The notes beneath the pieces were generated by a model. It saw nothing but the letters and a program-made list of their open reading frames with translations, was not told the DNA's origin and ran no database searches. The position numbers and the translations under genes were made by a program. From NCBI GenBank assembly GCA_020051175.1, contig JAGVJJ010000004.1:43558-107557 (forward strand): a stretch of DNA of 64,000 bases, in the 5' to 3' direction. Every line of letters starts with the position of its first letter. Within the stretch, counting starts at the first letter, position 1. The stretch is from Bacteroidia bacterium (GTDB taxonomy: Bacteria > Bacteroidota > Bacteroidia > 2-12-FULL-35-15). This document shows positions 39,427 through 47,611 of the stretch, one piece after another.

Positions 39427-40221
39427 CTATTTGTGAGCGCTAACAGATTGAACGATAGTAAAACCAGCCTCGTCCATGCTGAAAGTGATAGCGTCAATTT
39501 TGTTGGTGAAGTAGTTGTACATGATAATACCAACAACCGAACCAATGATACCGATAGCTGTATTGATAAGCGCCTCAGAAATACCTGTTGCAAGAGCAGT
39601 AGTATCAGGGGCACCAGCTTGCGACATCGCAGCAAATGAACGAATCATACCCAATACCGTTCCGATTAGTCCCCATAGCGTAGCAATAGTAGCGCAGGTA
39701 GAGATAACAGAAAGGTTTTTAGAAAGCATTGGTAATTCAAGAGCGGTTGCTTCTTCAATTTCTTTCTGGATAGCAGCTACTTTGCTTTCTTTGTCCAAAG
39801 AGTTGTCGTTGTGCAATGCTCTTAGCTTTTCAACACCGGCACGTACAACGTTAGCCAGCGAACCTTGCTGTTGATCGCAGGCAGCAATAGCTTCATCAAA
39901 CTTGTCAGCTGCAATCAAAGCTTTGATGTTGCGGATAAAATTTTCAGCACGGCCTTTACCTTTTGAACGGGCAATGGTCATTAAACGCTCAATAGAGAAA
40001 GTGATAATAATTAAAAAGATAGCCATAAGGATAGGTACGATAAAACCTCCTTTGTACATCATTCCAAGATAATCACCTTGTTTCGGATGTCCTTCTGCGT
40101 CAAAATGCGATGGGTCGCCAAGGATAAAAACATAAATAAGAATCCCTACTCCTACACAGATTAAAATAGCTAAGGATGCAAATAGTGATTTGAATACGCT
40201 AGGTGAATTTTGTTTGCTCAT
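39427..40221 (-). CDS. exbB: MotA/TolQ/ExbB proton-channel protein
   Basis: Three TM helices and the conserved C-terminal ATIATLWGLIGTVLGMIRSF...ISEALINTAIG. Confidence 0.9.
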   Translation of the reverse strand: MSKQNSPSVFKSLFASLAILICVGVGILIYVFILGDPSHFDAEGHPKQGDYLGMMYKGGFIVPILMAIFLIIITFSIERLMTIARSKGKGRAENFIRNIKALIAADKFDEAIAACDQQQGSLANVVRAGVEKLRALHNDNSLDKESKVAAIQKEIEEATALELPMLSKNLSVISTCATIATLWGLIGTVLGMIRSFAAMSQAGAPDTTALATGISEALINTAIGIIGSVVGIIMYNYFTNKIDAITFSMDEAGFTIVQSVSAHK

Positions 40222-40323
40222 TGCTGTTAATTTTAAGGTTAATTTTAAGTTTTAAAGTTTAAATTGAAAGTGTTCTGCTTTTAAATTCTTTTATTGTTTT
40301 TCTTCCTTTCAAAAACAAGGCTT

Positions 40324-40331
40324 CAAACATA
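40324..40331 (-). promoter_or_regulatory. Bacteroidota-type -7 box (TATGTTTG on minus strand)
   Basis: CAAACATA on the plus strand equals TATGTTTG on the minus strand, ~100 nt upstream of the exbB ATG. This is a motif match only. Confidence 0.25.
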
Positions 40332-40491
40332 CTAAATCTATTTTGAAAGTAAAAATTTTAAAAGATTAACTAATTATTAATAAATACCGGCAACTTGTGA
40401 ACGCAAAGTAAATAACAATATTGCCAGGATAATCAATGGTTTATTAAATGGCTGTTTTTGAAGTGTAAAAGGCGGTTTTTACATATTGGTT

Positions 40492-41118
40492 TTATTCCCC
40501 TTTTTTCCTTTTTTCTTTCAGGTAAGTGCTTATTAGCGGTATTAACGTGATGATTACCAGTCCGATAACGATATAGCCTACATTTTTTTGCACCCATTCA
40601 TACGTGCCAAGGTAATAACCGATGCTTGCAAGCAAACCAATCCAGGCTATAGCCCCGGCAATATTGTAAAGCATGAATTTTTTGAAATCCACACGAATCA
40701 CCCCTGCCAATATGGGGGCAAAAGTGCGGATAATGGGTAAAAAGCGCCCTATTATTAAAGTTTTGCCACCATTGTCTTTATAGAACTTTTCAGTAACAAT
40801 CAGGTACTGTTTTTTAAAAATCAGGGAGTCTTTGCGATGGAACAGTGGAGGGCCAACTTTGTGGCCGAACCAGTAACCGGCTATATTGCCTAAAATGGCT
40901 GCCAGTGAAAGGAGCAGGATCAAAACAAAAATATTTACATCAAGCACTTCCGGTTTGGAAACACAAATAAGGCCCGAAATGAATATGAGTGAATCACCAG
41001 GTAAAAAGAAGCCGATAAGCAGTCCGGTTTCGGCAAACACAACAAACAACAACAGGGCCAGTCCACCATACTGTATGATAGATTGCGGGTCCGTAAGCTG
41101 TTTTAAGAAATCCAGCAT
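40492..41118 (-). CDS. DedA-family membrane protein
   Basis: 208 aa, with AETGLLIGFFLPGDSLIF and IIGRFLPIIRTFAPILAG, typical of DedA/SNARE-associated proteins. Confidence 0.85.
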   Translation of the reverse strand: MLDFLKQLTDPQSIIQYGGLALLLFVVFAETGLLIGFFLPGDSLIFISGLICVSKPEVLDVNIFVLILLLSLAAILGNIAGYWFGHKVGPPLFHRKDSLIFKKQYLIVTEKFYKDNGGKTLIIGRFLPIIRTFAPILAGVIRVDFKKFMLYNIAGAIAWIGLLASIGYYLGTYEWVQKNVGYIVIGLVIITLIPLISTYLKEKRKKGE

Positions 41119-41185
41119 AGTTAAGTCCGGGTAGGTTTATTAAAGTTGCGTATAAATTCACATACCAGCCCACCCGGGAAAGGTA

Positions 41186-42433
41186 TTAATCTAATTTTAT
41201 TTTGTCGATATCCTGCGGAGTATTATAGGGATGTAATTCTCCTTCCCACTTCGACACCACTGCAGTTGCTACTGCATTTCCAACCACGTTGGTGGCAGAG
41301 CGGCCCATATCCAGAATCTGATCGATGCCCAATAATAATAATAGGCCTTCAACCGGGATATTAAAATGCTGGAGCATACCGGCAATTACAACCAGTGAAG
41401 CTCTTGGTATACCAGCCATTCCTTTGCTGGTTATCAACAATATCAGGAGCATTACTATCTGGTCACTTACACTCATATCAATGCCGTAAGCCTGGGCAAT
41501 AAAAACGGTTGCAAAAGTCATGTACATCATGGAACCATCCAGGTTAAAAGAATACCCTAGCGGTAGTACAAAGCTGATGATGCGGTTCCTGCATCCGAAT
41601 TTTTCAAGCGATTCGATGGTTTTAGGCATAGCAGCCTCCGAGCTGGCAGTGCTGAAAGCCAATAAGATAGGCTCTTTAATATGGTTGAGCAGCCTGAAAA
41701 AGTTGATTTTTAAAAGGAAACAGATAAGAAATAATATAATAAAAATAAAAGAGAGCAAACCGAGGTAAAATGTTCCTATAAGGTATAAATATCCTGTAAG
41801 TACCCCCAGTCCCTGTTTTGCTACAACGGCTGAAATAGCCCCAAATACACCAAAAGGAGCAAAAGCCATTACATAATTGGTTACCTTAAACATAATGTGG
41901 GAAATGGAGTCGAAAAAATCGACAACTATTTTGCCGCCTTTACCGATGGAAGCGGTAGCAATACCAAAAAACAGGGCAAATACAACAATGGGCAGTATTT
42001 CATTTTTTGCCATCACGCCTACAATGCTGTCAGGGATAACGTGTTCAATAAAATTTTTTGCATCAAATCCTTTGCTGGCTTCTATTCCCGTTGCTGCATT
42101 GGCAGGCGGTAGTTCCAGCACCATTTGTTTACCAGGCTCAAAAAAGTTGACAAGCATTAGTCCTAATAATAGCGAAACAATGGCAGCAGCAGTGAAATAC
42201 AATAAGGTTTTGATTCCAATCCGCCCTACCGATTTAAAATCCCCTACTTTGGCAACACCTACAACAAGCACTGAGAATACAAGTGGCGCAATGATCATTT
42301 TAATCAGGCGCATGAATATGTCGCTGAGTATGTGCAGGCCGGGAGCCACATCTTTCCAGAAATACCCTACCAGTATCCCTAAAAACATTCCTAAAAAAAT
42401 CTGGACAATTAAACTGGGCTTTTTAAATTTCAT
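41186..42433 (-). CDS. dicarboxylate/amino acid:cation symporter (DAACS/GltP family)
   Basis: The start is set at MKFKKPSLIVQIFLG (42433). The protein is polytopic, with ...FSTASSEAAMP..., NLDGS and DMGRSATNVVGNA motifs. Confidence 0.85.
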   Translation of the reverse strand: MKFKKPSLIVQIFLGMFLGILVGYFWKDVAPGLHILSDIFMRLIKMIIAPLVFSVLVVGVAKVGDFKSVGRIGIKTLLYFTAAAIVSLLLGLMLVNFFEPGKQMVLELPPANAATGIEASKGFDAKNFIEHVIPDSIVGVMAKNEILPIVVFALFFGIATASIGKGGKIVVDFFDSISHIMFKVTNYVMAFAPFGVFGAISAVVAKQGLGVLTGYLYLIGTFYLGLLSFIFIILFLICFLLKINFFRLLNHIKEPILLAFSTASSEAAMPKTIESLEKFGCRNRIISFVLPLGYSFNLDGSMMYMTFATVFIAQAYGIDMSVSDQIVMLLILLITSKGMAGIPRASLVVIAGMLQHFNIPVEGLLLLLGIDQILDMGRSATNVVGNAVATAVVSKWEGELHPYNTPQDIDKIKLD

Positions 42434-42525
42434 CAGGCTTTTTTGTTTAACAGGAAACAAATATACGGTTTGTATTATAAATGGGGACAAAGCGGTTTAT
42501 TGCCGTGTAAAGTATAACACCAAGG

Positions 42526-42557
42526 CCACAGAGCAAGCACAGATTTACACAGAGAGG
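42526..42557. repeat. half-copy of the CACAGAG-type repeat
   Basis: CCACAGAGCAAGCACAGATTTACACAGAGAGG lies immediately after the ftsX stop. It shares the CACAGAG words with the element at 8435-8515 but has no inverted partner. Confidence 0.35.
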
Positions 42558-42558
42558 G

Positions 42559-43431
42559 TTAATAGTACAGGTCGTCCGACTTCACACGCAGGTATTTGCG
42601 CACAGCAAGTGCCGTGCTGATTCCCGAGATAATAATCCCGATAACTGTAACCATCCCAAAGAGGGTGGCAAGCATGGTTTCGTCCTGAAGCTCTACGAGC
42701 TCAGGAAGCTGCTTTTGCGCAAAATACAGCACTCCAATGAGCATGAGTATGGCAATAACAGCACCATAAATACCATGTTTAATGCCTTTCAGCACAAAAG
42801 GCCAGCTTACAAAACTCTGTGTGGCGCCAACAAGTTGCATTGTCCTGATAATGAATCGTTTGCTGTAGATTGAAAGCCTTATGGTATTGTTGATAAGCGC
42901 TATGGCAATTACCATCAGCAGGCTGCTGAAAGCTAAGATTACAAGCCCTATTTTCTGTACGTTCTCATTGATCATGCTTACCAGCGATTTCTGGTAGACC
43001 AGCTCTTTTACCAGCTTGCTGTGCAGTATTTCCTGCTCTATCCATGCAATGCTGTCGGTATTGGCATAAACCGCCTTCAAGTGGACATTAATAGAAGGAA
43101 GCAGGGGGTTGTAGCCCAAAAAAGCAATAAAGTCTTCGCCTAAATCTTCCTGAAGGCGTTTGGCAGCATCTTCCTTATTGATAAATTCTGTTGATTTTAC
43201 ATAATCAGATGCATCCAGCGTTTTTGTAAAGTGTTGAATGTCCACTTCTTTGGCATTGTCGTTCAGGATAATCTGTATGCCAATGTTTTCTTTCAGGTTG
43301 TCGGAAAGCTTGCTGGTGTTGAGTACAATAATTCCTAACAGGCCAAGCATAAACAATACCAACGCCAGGCTAACTACTGTAGTAATTGTAGAGCCTACGA
43401 ATTTGCGTTCTGCTTTTTTCTTTTCTGCCAC
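42559..43431 (-). CDS. ftsX: cell-division ABC-transporter permease-like protein FtsX
   Basis: 290 aa. The layout is an N-terminal TM helix, a ~100-aa extracytoplasmic domain and three C-terminal TM helices, with RTMQLVGAT in between, as in FtsX. Confidence 0.8.
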   Translation of the reverse strand: MAEKKKAERKFVGSTITTVVSLALVLFMLGLLGIIVLNTSKLSDNLKENIGIQIILNDNAKEVDIQHFTKTLDASDYVKSTEFINKEDAAKRLQEDLGEDFIAFLGYNPLLPSINVHLKAVYANTDSIAWIEQEILHSKLVKELVYQKSLVSMINENVQKIGLVILAFSSLLMVIAIALINNTIRLSIYSKRFIIRTMQLVGATQSFVSWPFVLKGIKHGIYGAVIAILMLIGVLYFAQKQLPELVELQDETMLATLFGMVTVIGIIISGISTALAVRKYLRVKSDDLYY

Positions 43432-43540
43432 CTTGTTGGGATTTGTGTGTGCTAAATTAGGGCTAATCCTTTAGCGTAAACAGTAAAATCATTTTTGAAA
43501 TAAACAACTGAACGTTAATAACTCGGAAATGGCTTGGGGG

Positions 43541-43735
43541 ATTGAGTTATTAGGTTATTTGTTATCAGTTATTGGTTAATAGTTATTGGGTTAATAGGTA
43601 AAGGTTAGTAGTTATAGGTTAATAGTATTGGCCGTTAATAGTTATAGGTTAATAGTTATCGGGTTATTAGTGATCTGTTACTAGCTGGGGTTATTGTGTT
43701 GTAGTTATTAACTCATTGGTTCATTGGCAATAGTA
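43541..43735. repeat. block of ~12 degenerate 13-14 bp tandem repeats, consensus GGTTAATAGTTAT (nearly C-free on plus strand)
   Basis: Exact GGTTAATAGTTAT occurs at 43574-43586 and 43647-43659. Degenerate units (GAGTTATTAGGTTAT, TTGTTATCAGTTAT, AGGTTAGTAGTTAT, CGTTAATAGTTAT...) fill the rest. Confidence 0.8.
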
Positions 43736-43759
43736 GTATATAAGGTGTGAGTTACATTC

Positions 43760-43880
43760 AATAGCTAATAACCTGGTAACTCAGTAAACTCTGTAACCCA
43801 ATCCCCTAATAACTAATAACGGATAACTATTAACCCAATAACCCATTACCTATTACCCTAATAACCAATGAACCAATAAA
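43760..43880. repeat. block of the same repeats in inverted orientation (ATAACTATTAACC; nearly G-free on plus strand)
   Basis: Exact ATAACTATTAACC occurs at 43823-43835. CCAATGAACCAAT (43865-43877) is the reverse complement of ATTGGTTCATTGG in the left block. CAATCCCC pairs with GGGGATTG at 43537. Confidence 0.8.
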
Positions 43881-43897
43881 CTAGTCTGACTAATTCG

Positions 43898-43905
43898 TAT
43901 CTTCG
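43898..43905 (+). promoter_or_regulatory. imperfect -7 box TATCTTCG upstream of leuS
   Basis: It has one mismatch to TAnnTTTG and lies 26 nt upstream of the leuS ATG. Confidence 0.25.
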
Positions 43906-43930
43906 CACCTGCTAAAAAAGTTTATAAAAA

Positions 43931-46900
43931 ATGGAATACAATTTCAGAGAAGTAGAAAAAAAATGGCAGGAACACTGGGCCAAGAATAAAACCTATAAAA
44001 CGGAGAACAGCTCTTCCAAACCTAAATATTATGTGCTGGACATGTTCCCGTACCCAAGCGGGGCTGGCTTGCACGTTGGGCATCCGTTGGGATATATTGC
44101 TTCTGATATTTTTGCGCGCTACAAACGCCTGAAAGGTTTTAATGTATTACATCCGATGGGGTATGATTCATTTGGTCTTCCGGCTGAACAATATGCCATT
44201 CAAACCGGCCAGCACCCTGAAATTACTACCAAAACCAATATTGCACGTTACCGTGAACAGCTGGATAAAATAGGCTTTTCATTCGACTGGGACAGGGAAG
44301 TGAGAACCTCCGATCCGAGCTATTACAAATGGACCCAATGGATTTTTATTCAGTTATTCAACTGCTGGTACAATAAAAAAACGAACAAGGCGGAGAAAAT
44401 AGAAACGCTTGTTAAAACTTTTGAAACTACCGGTTTTAAAGGTACCGAAGATGATATTTTAACCGGTGATTTGGAAGTTTACCACGATGGTTTTACCGCT
44501 GAAGAATGGAGCGGTTTTTCAGAAGCTACTAAAGAGCAGGTTCTGCAACAATTCCGACTTGCTTACCTGAGTGATACCATGGTGAACTGGTGTCCGCAAC
44601 TGGGTACCGTGCTTGCCAATGAAGAGGTGAAAGATGGTGTTTCTGAGCGTGGGGGCTATCCGGTGGAACGTAAGCTGATGAAGCAATGGAGCCTGCGTAT
44701 TACGGCTTATGCCGATAGATTACTAAATGATTTGGAAGGTATTGACTGGACGGAAAGTATTAAAGAAGCGCAGCGTAACTGGATAGGGAAGTCGGTAGGA
44801 ACCAGCATCCGTTTTAGCCTCACCCCTGGCCCCTCTCCAAAGGAGAGGGATAACACGCCTGGCTATCAAACAGCAAATAAGGCAATATGGGAACGATTGA
44901 AATCCAATTCGAGAGAAAATAGGAAAAATCAAACAGAAGCAGAAGAGCTTCTTTGGGAGCAAGTGCGAGATAGGAAGCTGGGATATAAAATCAGGAGACA
45001 GCACGCTGTTGATCAATTTATAGCAGATTTTATTTGTTTGGAACAAAAACTAATTATTGAAGTTGACGGTGAAATACATAACTATCAGCAGGAGTATGAC
45101 GAGGGAAGGACTTATCTTTTGGAAGAAATTGGTTATAGAGTAATCAGATTTACAAATAATTCAGTAAAGGAAAATATCAATTGGGTTTGCGATGAAATTG
45201 CAAAGGCGTTACAGTCTCCCCTCTCCTTTGGAGAGGGGGCAGGGGGTGAGGCTTTTGTTGAAGTCTTCACCACCCGACCCGACACTGTTTTCGGAGTGTC
45301 CTTTGTAACATTAGCCCCGGAACATGAACTGGTAGCGAAAATTACAACAGATGCACAAAGAAAAGCAGTAGAAGAATATGTGACATTTGCCAAAAACCGC
45401 AGTGAGCGGGAGCGTATGGCAGATGTGAAAAAAATTACCGGGGTGTTTACCGGTGCTTATGTTGCACATCCGTTCACTGGAAAAAAAGTTCCCGTATGGA
45501 TAGGCGACTATGTGTTGGCCGGTTATGGAACAGGTGCAGTAATGGCAGTTCCTGCGCACGATTCGCGTGACTTTGCTTTTGCAAAGCATTTTGGATTAGA
45601 CATTACTCAGGTTATTCTTCCCCCTTCTCCTTTGGAGAAGGGGCCGGGGGATGAGGCTTATGAAGCTAAAGAAGGGAAATTGGTTAACTCTGATTTTCTG
45701 GACGGATTGGAGGTAAAAGCTGCCATCAAAAAGGCGATTGCCGTAATAGAAGAAAAAGGCTTAGGGAAAGGCAAAACCAATTTCCGTTTGCGTGATGCTA
45801 TTTTTGGGCGTCAGCGCTATTGGGGGGAGCCCATTCCGGTGTATTATAAAGATGGAATTCCTCATGTGTTAAGCGAAAGTGAATTGCCGTTGGTATTGCC
45901 GGAGGTAGATAAATATCTCCCTACTGAAACCGGTGAACCACCATTGGCCCGTGCCAAAGACTGGAAATACAAAGGGGAATATGAATACGAATATTCCACC
46001 ATGCCGGGCTGGGCTGGCTCTTCCTGGTATTTCCTGCGTTATATGGATGCACATAATGACAAAGAGTTTGCTTCGAAAGAGGCAGTAAACTATTGGCAAA
46101 ATGTAGACTTATACATGGGCGGGGCGGAGCATGCTACAGGGCATTTACTGTATGTGCGTTTCTGGACAAAGTTTTTGTACGATTTAGGATTGATTCCTGT
46201 GATCGAACCGGCAAAAAAACTGATTAATCAGGGGATGATACAGGGAAGAAGTAATTTTGTATATCGTTTAGGTTTTGTGGGGCATATTGAGAATGATGGA
46301 AAAGATAATAAAATTTTTGAATCTCTTCCTTCACTATTCGTGTCTAAAAAATACTTTGATAATCAAACAGAATATAACACTGAGATATTTGCAAGACATT
46401 CCAAAATACTCAAGGAGAATAATATTGCGTCTTTACCACCGATTAGGTACCACGTGATTATTCCATTGCATGTTGATGTTAATATGGTGGAAAATGATGT
46501 ATTAAATATAGAAGCTTTTAAAAATTGGAGAGAAGAATATAAGAACGCTGAATTTCTTTTGGAGGACGGCAAATACATCTGTGGCAGCGAAGTAGAAAAA
46601 ATGTCCAAATCCAAATGGAATGTGGTGAGCCCGGATTCTATGGTGGAGCAATACGGTGCAGATTGTTTGCGCCTGTATGAAATGTTTTTAGGGCCTCTGG
46701 AGCTTTCCAAACCTTGGAACACCAATGGCATTACAGGTGTTTCTAATTTTATGCGTAAGCTGTGGCGATTGTATCATACCACAGACTGGAACAACACCCC
46801 TCTCCTTTGGAGAGGGGCAAGGGGTGAGGCTATCAGCAATGAACCAGCTACAAAGGCCGAGCTAAAAACCCTGCACAAAACCATAAAAAAAATCACAGAA

Positions 46901-47314
46901 GATATTGATCGTTTTTCATTCAACACTTCCGTAAGTAATTTTATGATTTGTGTGAATGAGCTAACGGAGCAGAAATGTAACAAACGTGAGATACTGGAGC
47001 CTCTGGCAATCATTATTGCGCCTTATGCACCGCACATTGCAGAAGAGCTGTGGAGCAAGTTAGGGCATAGAGAAAGCATCACGTATGCTGTTTTCCCTGA
47101 ATGCAAAGAAGAATACCTTGTAGAAAGCTCCTTCAATTACCCTGTTTCGTTCAATGGAAAAACCCGCTTTTTTCAGGAATACGACCGCTCTTTATCCAAA
47201 GAAGAAATAGAAAAAGAAATCATGACCCTGGAGCAAACCCAGAAATATCTTGAGGGAAAAACTCCTAAAAAAGTGATTGTGGTGCCTAATAAGATTGTAA
47301 ATATTGTGATATAG
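43931..47314 (+). CDS. leuS: leucine--tRNA ligase carrying three in-frame repeat-element insertions
   Basis: The HIGH motif ([10 protein letters not shown]), NWIGKS, the editing-domain [24 protein letters not shown] and the C-terminal anticodon-binding region are all present in a single 1127-aa ORF. Confidence 0.95.
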   Translation: MEYNFREVEKKWQEHWAKNKTYKTENSSSKPKYYVLDMFPYPSGAGLHVGHPLGYIASDIFARYKRLKGFNVLHPMGYDSFGLPAEQYAIQTGQHPEITTKTNIARYREQLDKIGFSFDWDREVRTSDPSYYKWTQWIFIQLFNCWYNKKTNKAEKIETLVKTFETTGFKGTEDDILTGDLEVYHDGFTAEEWSGFSEATKEQVLQQFRLAYLSDTMVNWCPQLGTVLANEEVKDGVSERGGYPVERKLMKQWSLRITAYADRLLNDLEGIDWTESIKEAQRNWIGKSVGTSIRFSLTPGPSPKERDNTPGYQTANKAIWERLKSNSRENRKNQTEAEELLWEQVRDRKLGYKIRRQHAVDQFIADFICLEQKLIIEVDGEIHNYQQEYDEGRTYLLEEIGYRVIRFTNNSVKENINWVCDEIAKALQSPLSFGEGAGGEAFVEVFTTRPDTVFGVSFVTLAPEHELVAKITTDAQRKAVEEYVTFAKNRSERERMADVKKITGVFTGAYVAHPFTGKKVPVWIGDYVLAGYGTGAVMAVPAHDSRDFAFAKHFGLDITQVILPPSPLEKGPGDEAYEAKEGKLVNSDFLDGLEVKAAIKKAIAVIEEKGLGKGKTNFRLRDAIFGRQRYWGEPIPVYYKDGIPHVLSESELPLVLPEVDKYLPTETGEPPLARAKDWKYKGEYEYEYSTMPGWAGSSWYFLRYMDAHNDKEFASKEAVNYWQNVDLYMGGAEHATGHLLYVRFWTKFLYDLGLIPVIEPAKKLINQGMIQGRSNFVYRLGFVGHIENDGKDNKIFESLPSLFVSKKYFDNQTEYNTEIFARHSKILKENNIASLPPIRYHVIIPLHVDVNMVENDVLNIEAFKNWREEYKNAEFLLEDGKYICGSEVEKMSKSKWNVVSPDSMVEQYGADCLRLYEMFLGPLELSKPWNTNGITGVSNFMRKLWRLYHTTDWNNTPLLWRGARGEAISNEPATKAELKTLHKTIKKITEDIDRFSFNTSVSNFMICVNELTEQKCNKREILEPLAIIIAPYAPHIAEELWSKLGHRESITYAVFPECKEEYLVESSFNYPVSFNGKTRFFQEYDRSLSKEEIEKEIMTLEQTQKYLEGKTPKKVIVVPNKIVNIVI
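44818..45251 (+). mobile_element. TIR-bounded ~434 bp module encoding a DUF559 (Vsr-like) endonuclease domain, in frame within leuS
   Basis: The left end CCTCACCCCTGGCCCCTCTCCAAAGGAGAGGG (44818-44849) is the near-exact reverse complement of the right end CCCCTCTCCTTTGGAGAGGGGGCAGGGGGTGAGG (45218-45251). The interior translates to [82 protein letters not shown], the DUF559 pattern. Confidence 0.6.
45620..45657 (+). repeat. solo copy of the palindromic repeat, in frame in leuS editing domain
   Basis: CCCCCTTCTCCTTTGGAGAAGGGGCCGGGGGATGAGGC is translated as [13 protein letters not shown]. Confidence 0.85.
46797..46830 (+). repeat. solo copy of the palindromic repeat, in frame in leuS C-terminal domain
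   Basis: CCCCTCTCCTTTGGAGAGGGGCAAGGGGTGAGGC is translated as (T)[11 protein letters not shown]. Confidence 0.85.
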
Positions 47315-47321
47315 TAGTTTT

Positions 47322-47428
47322 TTAACCGTCATTGCGGGCGGAGCGAAGCAATCTCATACCAGCATGAGATTGCTTCTCCGAAGGAATCTTCAGACATTCG
47401 CTAAAAGCCCCTTCGTAATGACGGTTAA
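47322..47428. repeat. nested palindromic REP-like element downstream of leuS; probable terminator
   Basis: The outer arms are TTAACCGTCATTGCG (47322-47336) and CGTAATGACGGTTAA (47414-47428). The inner 13-bp perfect stem is GAAGCAATCTCAT (47345-47357) paired with ATGAGATTGCTTC (47364-47376). Confidence 0.7.
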
Positions 47429-47538
47429 AATCCCTTTCCATAACGGCTTTCAATCCCATTTTAAGCCCCTGTTTTCCCAAAACCTTAAGAAACCGTTATT
47501 AAATACCCCTATTTCAAGGAAATACCAATAAAAATGAC

Positions 47539-47546
47539 TACTTTTG
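47539..47546 (+). promoter_or_regulatory. Bacteroidota-type -7 box TACTTTTG upstream of typA
   Basis: An exact TAnnTTTG match ~65 nt upstream of the typA ATG. This is a motif match only. Confidence 0.3.
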
Positions 47547-47611
47547 CACCCGCTTTGCGCAGGGATGTGCCCTTTTTGTGAAGAAAAAACATTTTTATTT
47601 TCAAATTTTAA

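Noticed and set aside
41877-42620. 247-aa plus-strand ORF
   Set aside because: It is antisense to the well-supported DAACS symporter gene, and its translation has no motif and a low-complexity character.
43541-43880. CRISPR array
   Set aside because: The units are only 13-14 bp, degenerate, directly abutting without spacers, and present in both orientations. No cas genes are in the window.
44723-45046. 107-aa antisense ORF across the left TIR inside leuS
   Set aside because: It overlaps the conserved leuS frame. Its only recognisable stretch ([11 protein letters not shown]) is the repeat read backwards, and it has no independent support.
44818-45251. Intein or intron explanation for the leuS insert
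   Set aside because: There are no intein junction residues (Cys/Ser/Thr at the N-junction, His-Asn plus Cys/Ser/Thr at the C-junction) and no Hint-domain blocks. The insert is a continuous in-frame ORF, so RNA splicing is not required. I cannot exclude RNA-level processing without transcript data.
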